A stretch of 64,000 bases of DNA, taken from Chlamydiota bacterium (lineage in GTDB: Bacteria > Chlamydiota > Chlamydiia > Chlamydiales > JAAKFR01). The position numbers and the translations under genes were made by a program. The notes beneath the pieces were generated by a model. The model was not told the DNA's origin. It made no database searches and saw only the letters and a list, made by a program, of their open reading frames with translations. The stretch spans positions 65,404 through 129,403 of the forward strand of contig JAJFLX010000012.1 in assembly GCA_021772465.1 (NCBI GenBank). Direction: 5' to 3'. Positions 38,401-45,927 of this stretch are shown in pieces (positions within the stretch are counted from its first letter, which is position 1; the number at the start of each line of letters is the position of its first letter).

Positions 38401-38467
38401 GAATTGGTTTCCAACCCTTGTCGATATTCTCCCCTTGATCTTACAAGATCAAGAGCTCTTGTTTTAG
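35402..38467 (+). CDS. Large NAD-specific glutamate dehydrogenase (about 115 kDa, GDH2-like class)
   Basis: 1021 aa. HIRFRDLSRGGLR, KNKDIPEGGAKCVIF, YLGPDENM, KEYGVTSLGV, GGTDGDVAGN, PCGGRP, IIEGANLYLT and KDSSANKGGVICSS motifs. Confidence 0.75.
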   Translation: MDESKLPPDEIKRATSHEAKEFERFFTWLEKSMPRIFFKEVKKEYLPMIVHSLMSLPEQDYFAEIHLKDAAIVICSDSAQADVKILERYPMYGIKNYTTYISRELTPFPDCSDNIRIATLFFTQAIEKEESIIDPELHSQLKSHLHARHPKWSEEACDQLIDSMDTRFLHKMPLEREVIALEMFERAKWRDHCQYEVQYEEDWKQSGAPSMHVVLAWKNVPKHNFLYRLARIVYQHGLVMRRVNAAYIKPYTTESIFMLSFGLHGQRGEAAWEAADIPDFLQEVVTLKYFGSLDPLDVTFLETKLLRGNLVNFLRSMSNFIQQLLVQVDPNLYTLANIHEGLCRHPELTVKLCEAFEMKFHPHHSDLASFERARDEFLILVALLDTGHEYHDRRRKNILIQGMNFITYTLKTNFYRNNKTTHAFRLDPAYLDHAPFDRKQKFPELPYGIFFIKGMHFFGFHIRFRDLSRGGLRTVFPEKKERMLAEWNTIFQECYNLAYTQHKKNKDIPEGGAKCVIFLKPYERLISEADILTREMAFAGMTQEEIEKKRTLFREEQKKEYLYQTQRSFIEGFLTLINCDESGNLLAKQIVDYWKRPEYIYLGPDENMHDPMIEWIAARSKALHYRPGGAFISGKPAIGINHKEYGVTSLGVNVFLDEILRYLGIDPTHEPFTVKMTGGTDGDVAGNQILNLLHHYPKTAKLLALTDVSGTIYDPHGLDLNVLASMFHAGQSIRFYPAERLNEGGFLLDRESRREPSPYVQQTLCWRNRDKEIVADWISGNEMNTLYRHNVHQVDADVFIPCGGRPRTLRDTNYKDFLDETGKPTARAIIEGANLYLTPWARSYLEDLGVLIVKDSSANKGGVICSSFEILSGLILTDSEFLEQKKVLIQEIIERLKKCALDEAKLLLRVHQEEERPLTEISEDISKRINYFTDQLVEHLETVELSNQPKDPLIQCFLHYCPESLRIHSPEQLLKKVPTNHIKAIIASHIAARLVYTRGLNWFPTLVDILPLILQDQELLF

Positions 38468-38484
38468 CGCGGGATGGGATATAG

Positions 38485-38925
38485 TCACTTTACTGGCAAA
38501 AGCTCGCCCTCGATGAACGTGCGAAGCCCCTCTCCACTCACGTAATTCGCACGAACTGAATAGCTTTTATCAGGGTGAAGCTCATACACTTCATACCCTT
38601 CAAAATCCATTTCAGGAGCGTGAAACTCCCAAGCAAGCACCTGAGCATCTAGCACTCCTTTTCCAGGAACTGTGCCAACAATATTGTTTTTCAGCTCGAT
38701 ACCGAAGCTAGAAGGGGTGAGAGAAGTGAGCACAAACTGATTTTTGTTGCTCTCATTGAACCCTTCGATCTTCACCTCTTGAATCGCGTAGATTCTCTCT
38801 TCCTCTTGAGAATGAATATGCCACTTAGTTTGATACTTGAAACGGTCATCAGCCATGCTAAACGAGATCTCTCCCTCTCCTCTCCATAAACCTGGTTTGA
38901 GGATAAAGGCGTGTATTTCACTCAA
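38485..38925 (-). CDS. Hypothetical protein (beta-rich)
   Basis: 146-aa ORF with a 4-nt overlap with the rodA stop, so operonic. No recognised motif. Confidence 0.5.
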   Translation of the reverse strand: MSEIHAFILKPGLWRGEGEISFSMADDRFKYQTKWHIHSQEEERIYAIQEVKIEGFNESNKNQFVLTSLTPSSFGIELKNNIVGTVPGKGVLDAQVLAWEFHAPEMDFEGYEVYELHPDKSYSVRANYVSGEGLRTFIEGELLPVK

Positions 38926-40061
38926 AACATGAATCTCCTGCTATAGATACTTTGCAAAATCCCAAGAGCAGCCATGGTTACAAAAACTGAAGAGCCCCCA
39001 TACGAGACGAGGATCAAAGGGACACCTGTGACAGGCAAAAGCCCACACATCATCCCAATGTTGACGAGGATATGCATCGCAATGTAGATCGTCACCCCCG
39101 CGCTAAGCATCCGACCGAAGTGATCTTTTGCAACGAGTGTCACCTGAAAGCCAAAATAGATGAGGGCATAGAAAATCGCAAGCAGCGCCAAGAGCCCGAT
39201 GAGACCGAACTCTTCACCAAAAGCTGGAAAGACAGAATCTGTGTAACCATAAGGAAGCCAACCTCTTCCAGTGAATTCACTTGCACGCCACCCACTTCCA
39301 GAGAGCCCTCCAACCCCAATGGCAGTAAGCGCAGCCCACTGGTGATGGTTGCTAGGATTGAGCCTCTCATACTGGTACTCTTTTACGAACCGGGTGGCCA
39401 TAGGACGAAGCTCTTCGTGAGAGAGTAGGCCACTAAAAATCAATAGGACAACTAAAAGAAAGGCGATACCGCAGGCTCCAAGAAACCGAACAAGATGAGG
39501 CTGCACTCCACCAAGATAGAACATCCCCAAAGTGACAGGACAAAGCACAAGCGCGGTCCCTAAATCGGGTTGTTTGAGGATCATCAAGAAAGGAATCCCT
39601 ACAATGGTCAGTGCACTAAACGCTGTCCTCCAAGAACTTGCAGTCGAACGGCTCCTTTCTAAAAACCAGCTGAGGGTAATCACCACGATGAGCTTGGCAT
39701 ACTCAGAGGGTTGGAAGCTCACGCCGATTAAAGGAATTTTATACCACCTGTGCACATTTTGTATGGAGGGGACAAAAAAAAGCCCGAGGAGGGCAAACAC
39801 CATCCCCAAATAGAGAAACCAAGCCCACTCACGCAATTTGTTGTAATCAAACCCGGCAAAAAAGAGATAAACCCCCCAACCTAGTGCAAAACGCTGGATC
39901 TGCTTAAGTACTTTTGGGGTAAGAAATCCTGATGTATACCCATGATAGCCAATAGGATCTGTTGCAGAGATTACTAATAAACTGATGGCCATCAGGGCGA
40001 GAATTAACGGTATCATCCGCCAATCTATTCGAAATATCGTCCGATGACTCCACATTATCAA
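38922..40061 (-). CDS. rodA: SEDS-family peptidoglycan glycosyltransferase (RodA/FtsW)
   Basis: 379 aa, about 10 TM segments, with QPSEYAKL and TGVPLILVSYGGSS motifs. Adjacency to birA matches the chlamydial rodA locus as I recall it. Confidence 0.85.
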   Translation of the reverse strand: MIMWSHRTIFRIDWRMIPLILALMAISLLVISATDPIGYHGYTSGFLTPKVLKQIQRFALGWGVYLFFAGFDYNKLREWAWFLYLGMVFALLGLFFVPSIQNVHRWYKIPLIGVSFQPSEYAKLIVVITLSWFLERSRSTASSWRTAFSALTIVGIPFLMILKQPDLGTALVLCPVTLGMFYLGGVQPHLVRFLGACGIAFLLVVLLIFSGLLSHEELRPMATRFVKEYQYERLNPSNHHQWAALTAIGVGGLSGSGWRASEFTGRGWLPYGYTDSVFPAFGEEFGLIGLLALLAIFYALIYFGFQVTLVAKDHFGRMLSAGVTIYIAMHILVNIGMMCGLLPVTGVPLILVSYGGSSVFVTMAALGILQSIYSRRFMF

Positions 40062-40116
40062 TATCTTATGAAATTTTTAATAGATCCTAACCCCCCCGGC
40101 ATATTATAATATTGTC

Positions 40117-40644
40117 ATGGTAATTATCTACCACCATTTTTCAACGCTTCCCTCAACAAATCAATGGTCTATGGACCACCTAGAAAGTTTTTCTAAAGAG
40201 GCTCTTACTGTAGTCACAGCTGAAGAGCAGACGTCTGGACGGGGGACTAAAGGACGATCTTGGCTCTCTCCGAAGGGGGAAAACCTCTACATGAGCCTCT
40301 GCTTTTTTGCTGAAAAAGATGTAGAGCTCCACACCCTGACACGTCATCTGGCCGAATCGACGGCTCAGTTTATTAAAGGCATGGGTCTTGAGGCTCATAT
40401 CAAATGGCCTAATGACCTCATGATTGGGGGTAAAAAGGTGGCTGGAATTCTCACTGAAACGCGCCCACTCGATCCTTTGCTCGGGATAGTCATTGGGCTC
40501 GGCCTCAATGTCAATATGTCGAGTTCAGCGCTCGCCGATGTCGATCAGCCTGCTACTTCTCTTCGGGAAGAGAGTGGTAGGATGTATGACATAGATTCGA
40601 TCTCAAAAAACCTAATCCGTAGTTTTGAAGAAGCGCTTTTGTAG
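40117..40644 (+). CDS. birA: Biotin-[acetyl-CoA-carboxylase] ligase, short form
   Basis: 175 aa. QTSGRGTKGRSWLSPKGENLYMS and KWPNDLMIGGKKVAGILTE motifs. There is no room for a C-terminal domain. Confidence 0.8.
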   Translation: MVIIYHHFSTLPSTNQWSMDHLESFSKEALTVVTAEEQTSGRGTKGRSWLSPKGENLYMSLCFFAEKDVELHTLTRHLAESTAQFIKGMGLEAHIKWPNDLMIGGKKVAGILTETRPLDPLLGIVIGLGLNVNMSSSALADVDQPATSLREESGRMYDIDSISKNLIRSFEEALL

Positions 40645-40664
40645 AGTTGAACAAGTTGGAGAAA

Positions 40665-41417
40665 TTAGAAGGTGAGCTGTTCCATATTGGGGACAACAAC
40701 CAATTCAGAGTAGACTTTTGCGCGTAGAATCTGTTGAATGGTCGACAATGTCGTGCCAATTGCCGAGAAACAAGAGGTGCATGCCCCTTGGTAGCCAATT
40801 GTGAGCTCAAACCCTTTCAAACCCTGCACCTCAATCCCTCCGGCATCGAGTTCTACGTAGGGGCGAATCTCCTCATCTAGAACTTTTTCAATGAGAGCGA
40901 TTTTTTTCTCCTCAGAGAGATCGACCCACCCAGGGTAGCCTCCTCCCTCTTGATCCAGAGAGATCGGAGTGACATAGTGCTCAGCGAGGGGAATATCAAG
41001 ACACTTTTCAGCAGCATCGTCTACAGCACCGATGACAAGGTTGAGATGGGCAACTGTTTCACGTGGAAAAGCCGGTTTGTCTCCCTTATCGCGTAATTTT
41101 TTGTCGATCAACTCCGCTGTGATCCGGCGCGCCTGGTCGTAATTTTTTCCAATGAGCAGCTCACAAAGGGTATCTGCCGCCCCGATGAGCGCTGATTGTC
41201 CAAAGACTTGAAACTTTGCATCGACGATGATGCCATCGGCTGGATCGACAAGCCAGTAGAGAGCCACCGCGTTTCCATCGACTACAAACCCCTCTCGTCC
41301 GACCACGTAGCGCATCTGTCGCCCTTCGGCATCCTCTTGCGAAAAGAAACCTGCTGACCGAGGGTTATTGATCACCTTTTTTAGCTTTGAGCTGTAGAGT
41401 CTCCACGTTGAGCTCAT
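40665..41417 (-). CDS. NifU-related protein (degenerate IscU-like N-domain + NifU C-domain)
   Basis: 250 aa. The IscU-like region lacks the three cluster-ligand Cys. The C-terminal domain retains CxxC (GACTSCFS). Confidence 0.75.
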   Translation of the reverse strand: MSSTWRLYSSKLKKVINNPRSAGFFSQEDAEGRQMRYVVGREGFVVDGNAVALYWLVDPADGIIVDAKFQVFGQSALIGAADTLCELLIGKNYDQARRITAELIDKKLRDKGDKPAFPRETVAHLNLVIGAVDDAAEKCLDIPLAEHYVTPISLDQEGGGYPGWVDLSEEKKIALIEKVLDEEIRPYVELDAGGIEVQGLKGFELTIGYQGACTSCFSAIGTTLSTIQQILRAKVYSELVVVPNMEQLTF

Positions 41418-42421
41418 GAGACTTCTCCCATTAAGTGGGTAGAGTAGGCACGCAATCTCTGAGCTCGACTTGCCACTTTTTTTGCCAGATTCTCCCCGTC
41501 CGAGTCTGGCCCAAATTTGAAACTCAGCGCCGTGTGGCAGGTGGGCTCATCGATTTTACATGCTTGAAGTGCGTGGAGGATGTGCTGCTGCTTCCCCCCG
41601 CCGAGGTTCGCTTCGATCCCTTCCCCCGCGAGCAAAAAGGCGAGAGCATCGCTTGTAGCTCCTTCAAAACAGTGAGCTGTCAGATGAGGAACACGGGCTT
41701 GATCTCCAAAAAGGGGAACACCTAACAACGCATCAAAAGCGTCGCGCTGACGAGTCGTCTCCATGCAAAAATAGTCGATCTCTTGCAGCGTTTTATCTGC
41801 CGCTTGACCAAACTTTTCGACAAGAGGGGGATAGAGCGCACCTGCGCGAAGCGCTTCCCTCTCTTCTCCTCCTAGTAGGAGTGGGCTAAGCTCTCTCCCT
41901 TCTCGCACGTAGAGCGCACCTACTCCAGGAGGAGCCCCAATCGCTTCCCCATCAAAAGTGAGAAGGTCAGCCCCGCTCGAGGCGAACGAGTAGTAGCCCC
42001 GGCCCAATACATGACTCGCATCTACATGGAAGAGAACACCTCTTTGACGACAGATAGTAGCTATTTCTTGCACAGGCTGAATGACCCCTGTAAGACCACA
42101 AGCCCAGGAAAGCGATACCATTGCCGTGCGTGGAGTCAATGTCTCAGCAACAGAATCAGCGGTGATCACGCCGCCTTGATTTGCAGGTGCCAGTTCAAAA
42201 AGCGCGCCCATCTCTTGCAAGCGTCCCATGGCGCGAATACTCGGCGCCTCATCGAGAGCCCCTGCTACAAAATGATTCTTCCCGGTCTTTCGGGTGATAT
42301 CGACATAAGCTGCAAAAACTGCGTGATTGATCGCCTCAGCGCCCGATGAGGTGATCACCACAGAGTCGCTTTGGGTAGCTTCCACAAGGGAGCGGAGTGA
42401 CTGGAGGGTCTCATCCATCAT
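41414..42421 (-). CDS. NifS/IscS-related class V aminotransferase-fold protein (apparently non-catalytic)
   Basis: 335 aa. TSSGAEAINHA, HVDASH and GVGALYVR align to IscS. The PLP-Lys motif (SGHK) reads DGEA and the catalytic Cys loop (SSGSAC) reads LGGGKQ. About 55 N-terminal residues are absent. Confidence 0.7.
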   Translation of the reverse strand: MMDETLQSLRSLVEATQSDSVVITSSGAEAINHAVFAAYVDITRKTGKNHFVAGALDEAPSIRAMGRLQEMGALFELAPANQGGVITADSVAETLTPRTAMVSLSWACGLTGVIQPVQEIATICRQRGVLFHVDASHVLGRGYYSFASSGADLLTFDGEAIGAPPGVGALYVREGRELSPLLLGGEEREALRAGALYPPLVEKFGQAADKTLQEIDYFCMETTRQRDAFDALLGVPLFGDQARVPHLTAHCFEGATSDALAFLLAGEGIEANLGGGKQQHILHALQACKIDEPTCHTALSFKFGPDSDGENLAKKVASRAQRLRAYSTHLMGEVS

Positions 42422-43104
42422 CGATCTACCTGTTTGAACTGCCCACCTAGGTATTCATAGAAGAGGGGAACACCCGTTGGAATTTCGAGTTTAAGGACTT
42501 GCTCTTCGCTCAAGTTATCTAGCTCCATTACAATCGAGCGCAGCGAGTTTCCATGGGCTGCGATCAAAACATTTTTTCCCTCTTTGAGCTTGGGGACGAT
42601 TTCTCGATCAAAATAGGGTAGGGTGCGCTCTGCTGTCATCTTCAAACTCTCTCCACCTGGAGGGGCGCTTGCATAACTTCGTCTCCAAACTTGTACCTGC
42701 TCATCCCCGTAAATTTCTCGCATCTTTTGCTTGTTTCTCCCCTGAAGCTCTCCATACATTCTCTCGTTGAGCTCCCAAGCGCGAATAACAGGGAGTAGCT
42801 CGGCTTCGCTCTCGGCGTCATAGCACCTCGACTCCACCTCAATTTTTCCTTCACCCTCGTGTTGAATCGCAGGGATACGCCCTGACGCATGCTTTGTCAT
42901 AGCCAGCATTGCAGTCATAATCCCCCGGATTAAAGTGGAGGTATAAATAATATCTATAGCAATATCTTGAATTGCCTCACCCGCTTTCAATGCCTCCTCA
43001 ATTCCTTGAGCGCTCAAAGGGATATCAATCCACCCTGTGAAAAGATTTTTTTTATTCCACTCAGATTGGCCGTGCCGGAGCAAAATAAGTTGGCTCATGA
43101 GCAT
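42418..43104 (-). CDS. gpmA: 2,3-bisphosphoglycerate-dependent phosphoglycerate mutase
   Basis: 228 aa. LILLRHGQSEWNKKNLFTGW and AAHGNSLR motifs. Confidence 0.92.
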   Translation of the reverse strand: MLMSQLILLRHGQSEWNKKNLFTGWIDIPLSAQGIEEALKAGEAIQDIAIDIIYTSTLIRGIMTAMLAMTKHASGRIPAIQHEGEGKIEVESRCYDAESEAELLPVIRAWELNERMYGELQGRNKQKMREIYGDEQVQVWRRSYASAPPGGESLKMTAERTLPYFDREIVPKLKEGKNVLIAAHGNSLRSIVMELDNLSEEQVLKLEIPTGVPLFYEYLGGQFKQVDR

Positions 43105-43151
43105 TTCTCCCTTGAGTACAAGATTCTACAGAGTATACAATAAAGGGCCTT

Positions 43152-43844
43152 ATGAAGAAACGACTGAGTAAAACTCTAGCGGCAGCGGGCGTCGCTTCAA
43201 GACGAGCGTGTGAATCTTTGATTTTTGATGGCCTCGTCCAAGTCAACGGCCAGACCGTGCGCATCCCTCAAACTCTCGTTGACCTGGAGCACGACACGGT
43301 GCGTGTCAATGGAGAGCAGGTAGGAAAAGAGGAGGCGAAGGTCTATTTCCTCTTCCATAAGCCCGCCGGCTATCTCTGCACTAGTGACCCCGTTCCACGC
43401 TCTGTTCTCAATTTTTTTTCACACCTTCCTCACCGCCTTTTTACCGTGGGGCGTCTTGACAAAGAGACCTCTGGACTCCTACTTGTCACAAATGACGGCA
43501 CCTTTGCCCACCATGTGATCCACCCCTCATTTGGGGTCAAAAAACATTACATTGCAAAAACAGGGCAAGAGATCACACCTGAACACCTTAAAAAGCTCTC
43601 TTTGGGGATAGAAATAGAGGGGAGCCGCGTAATACCCTTCGCGGTCAAAAAAGTGAGGCGAGGCACTGTTAAAATCGTTGTCAAAGATGGAAAAAAACAC
43701 GAAGTGCGCCTTCTTCTTGAGGCTGCAGGGCTTACCGTACGTGAACTCGTCCGCTTTCAAGTCGGCTCTCTCTCTTTGGACAACCTAGCTGCTGGCTCCT
43801 ACCGCGTTCTTTCGAAAGAAGAAATCTCCTCATTTGAAAAATAA
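43152..43844 (+). CDS. rluB: RsuA/RluB-family pseudouridine synthase
   Basis: 230 aa. S4 domain (RLSKTLAAAGVASRR) and catalytic GRLDKETSGLLLVTNDG. Confidence 0.88.
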   Translation: MKKRLSKTLAAAGVASRRACESLIFDGLVQVNGQTVRIPQTLVDLEHDTVRVNGEQVGKEEAKVYFLFHKPAGYLCTSDPVPRSVLNFFSHLPHRLFTVGRLDKETSGLLLVTNDGTFAHHVIHPSFGVKKHYIAKTGQEITPEHLKKLSLGIEIEGSRVIPFAVKKVRRGTVKIVVKDGKKHEVRLLLEAAGLTVRELVRFQVGSLSLDNLAAGSYRVLSKEEISSFEK

Positions 43845-43901
43845 TTTTACATTCACTACATTCCGGTTCATGCATTGCATCATGAAAAAAGGAGTCATGT
43901 A

Positions 43902-44312
43902 ATGAAAAAATCCGATCTCGCTAAACTCGCCCTATTTGGCATCAGCGCGGGGCTCGTAGCCGGTGGCTGCCAACAAAAAGCGAACAAAAATGAAAGCCAC
44001 GATGCCAAGAAAAATGGCAACAATGCTGAGCAATCGGCGCAAGATATGGAAAGCTTTAAAGCCTCTCTCTCTCCAGAAGCTAAAAAACAATTTGACGAGC
44101 TCGATGCCAAGCACAAAATGATGGCTGTTGAGATGGCAAATCAAGAGTGCAAAGGGAAAAATAAGTGCTCTGGTATCGGGGGATGTGCGACGAAAGACAA
44201 CTCCTGCGCGGGCAAAAACAGCTGCAAAGGGAAGGGTGGACCTCCAGTAGACAGCCCAGAGAAGGCCGTAGAAGTGCAGTACAAAGCGCAAATGAATGGT
44301 GATAAGAAGTAA
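43902..44312 (+). CDS. Secreted Cys-rich peptide precursor (bufferin-like RiPP precursor candidate)
   Basis: AAGGAG lies 7 nt upstream of the ATG at 43902. Signal sequence MKKSDLAKLALFGISAGLVAGGC, Lys/Glu/Asn-rich linker, then ECKGKNKCSGIGGCATKDNSCAGKNSCKGKGG. It sits immediately upstream of the DUF692 gene. Confidence 0.7.
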   Translation: MKKSDLAKLALFGISAGLVAGGCQQKANKNESHDAKKNGNNAEQSAQDMESFKASLSPEAKKQFDELDAKHKMMAVEMANQECKGKNKCSGIGGCATKDNSCAGKNSCKGKGGPPVDSPEKAVEVQYKAQMNGDKK

Positions 44313-44354
44313 TTCTTGCTCTTTCGCGCGAAAAGTGAATAAGGTGTGTGTCAT

Positions 44355-45194
44355 ATGACACACGCCTTTGACATCACCAACCTTGGAATCGGCATTGGAC
44401 TGAGACCTGTTCACTATGATGAGATCTACTCTCTTGAGCCTGACATTGATTGGTTCGAGATCATCAGTGAAAACTACATGGTCGAGGGGGGCAAACCTCT
44501 CGAGCACCTCGATAAAATCCTCGAACGCTACCCTGTTGTGCAACACGGCGTCAACCTCGCGATAGGAAGCCCCACCCCTCTTGATTGGGACTACCTGCGG
44601 CGCCTCAAGAGGCTCGTGGCTCGCACGAAAACCCCATGGCTCTCTGATCATTTGAGCTGGGGACGCCTTCCTGGCGCTCACTTCCACGACCTGCTCCCCC
44701 TTCCCTACACGCAGGAAGTCATTGATTATGTCGCCGAAAGAGCGCGTATTGTCCAAGACTTTTTAGAGATCCCCTTTGCACTTGAAAATCTTTCTTCTTA
44801 TGTCGCCTACACAGACGATTCTATGCCCGAGTGGGAGTTCTACTCTCAAGTAGTTGAGAAGGGGGGAATTTTTATGATGCTCGATGTGAATAATATCTAC
44901 GTCTCGAGCCGCAATCATGGCTTTGATCCCATGACGTACATCAACTCCATACCCTTGAGCCGCGTCATTCAAATTCATTTAGCTGGGCACTCTGACCATG
45001 GGGACTATGTACTCGATACGCATGATCACCCTGTACGCGATGAGGTGTGGGCGCTCTATAGCGAGGTGTGGTCTCGAGCCCCTGTCTCGACCCTTTTAGA
45101 GTGGGATGACAATTTTGTGAGTTTTGAAGAGACCTGGGCCGAGGCGCTTAGGGCTAAGGCCTTCCAAAAGGAGCTTCATGAGTCGACTCTTTGA
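44355..45194 (+). CDS. DUF692 / MbnB-like multinuclear non-heme iron oxidase (MNIO)
   Basis: GIGLRPVHY, DWFEIISENY, HGVNL, SDHLSW, ALENLSSY, MLDVNNIYV, HLAGH, LDTHDH and LLEWD, the conserved TIM-barrel metal-ligand pattern of DUF692. AAGGTG lies 8 nt upstream of the ATG at 44355. Confidence 0.88.
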   Translation: MTHAFDITNLGIGIGLRPVHYDEIYSLEPDIDWFEIISENYMVEGGKPLEHLDKILERYPVVQHGVNLAIGSPTPLDWDYLRRLKRLVARTKTPWLSDHLSWGRLPGAHFHDLLPLPYTQEVIDYVAERARIVQDFLEIPFALENLSSYVAYTDDSMPEWEFYSQVVEKGGIFMMLDVNNIYVSSRNHGFDPMTYINSIPLSRVIQIHLAGHSDHGDYVLDTHDHPVRDEVWALYSEVWSRAPVSTLLEWDDNFVSFEETWAEALRAKAFQKELHESTL

Positions 45195-45927
45195 GACGCA
45201 AGTTTGGTTTGGATCTATCATTCGGCAGCCGCTTCAGACTGACCACTCGCTTCCAGAGTCCGTTTGTAGTGAGGCAGCTCACTTCATAGCGCCAAGTCCC
45301 ACACTCACTCCTCATAAACGGCTGGAAATCTACCACCAGCAGTACTGGTGGCGACTTCTCGACTGTTTGCAAAACAATTTTCCTTTTCTTACCAAGCTCC
45401 TTGGGGCTGATACGTTCAATCAAAAAATTGGAATCCCCTACCTCTCAGCCCACCCTCCCTCTGATTGGGCACTTTGCAAACTGGGGCAATCGCTCCCTTT
45501 GTGGTTAGCAAAGCAAAAAGAGCCCAGACGGCTGGTCGATGCTGCGCGCATCGATGCCGCCTCAGAACACGCTTTTTGGTGTGAGCAGAAACCCACGGCT
45601 GATTTTTCAGCCAAAAAACTCCACCTTCAACCCTTTGTTCATCTTTTCGAGTTGGAAGAGGATCTCTTTGAATATCGTGACCAACTGCTCCTAGGCAAAG
45701 AGATAAAAGTCGACTCTACCCCTTGCTACCGGGCGCTCTATCGAAACCGTGAAAGCCAGGTTCGGTGGAAACCTCTCACCCGAGTTGAGTACTCTCTTTT
45801 GCGGGCTTTTGAGTTAGGATCGAGTATTGAAGAGGCGTGCAGCTCTCTTCGACCGAGCAAAAAACTTGAAGAGTTGATTGTCATCTGGTTTCGTGAGTGG
45901 ACCTACCTGGGATGGTTTACCTCATGA
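45178..45927 (+). CDS. DUF2063-type partner protein of the MNIO enzyme
   Basis: 249 aa from the ATG at 45178, overlapping the DUF692 stop by 17 nt. Size, position and N-terminal pattern (LFETQVWFGSIIRQP...LEIYHQQYWWRL) fit DUF2063. Confidence 0.7.
   Translation: MSRLFETQVWFGSIIRQPLQTDHSLPESVCSEAAHFIAPSPTLTPHKRLEIYHQQYWWRLLDCLQNNFPFLTKLLGADTFNQKIGIPYLSAHPPSDWALCKLGQSLPLWLAKQKEPRRLVDAARIDAASEHAFWCEQKPTADFSAKKLHLQPFVHLFELEEDLFEYRDQLLLGKEIKVDSTPCYRALYRNRESQVRWKPLTRVEYSLLRAFELGSSIEEACSSLRPSKKLEELIVIWFREWTYLGWFTS

Noticed and set aside
43875-43901. TTG start at 43875 given by the ORF track for the precursor (adds MHHEKRSHV).
   Set aside because: The AAGGAG at 43889-43894 is correctly spaced for the ATG at 43902. 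The signal peptide begins there.
43882-43902. Six-codon uORF (MKKGVM) whose TAA overlaps the precursor ATG (TAATG). It mimics the MKK start of the precursor.
   Set aside because: It has no SD of its own and the AAGGAG lies inside it. It most likely exists only because of the A-rich SD region.
44321-44334. Small inverted repeat (ctttc-gcgc-gaaag) between the precursor and the DUF692 gene, a possible attenuator like those after RiPP precursor genes.
   Set aside because: It has only a 5-bp stem and no following U-run, so it is too weak to call.
43932-44756. 274-aa ORF antisense across the precursor and DUF692 genes.
   Set aside because: It overlaps two genes with clear family signatures and good SD sequences. 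Its own sequence has no recognisable domain, so it was judged spurious.
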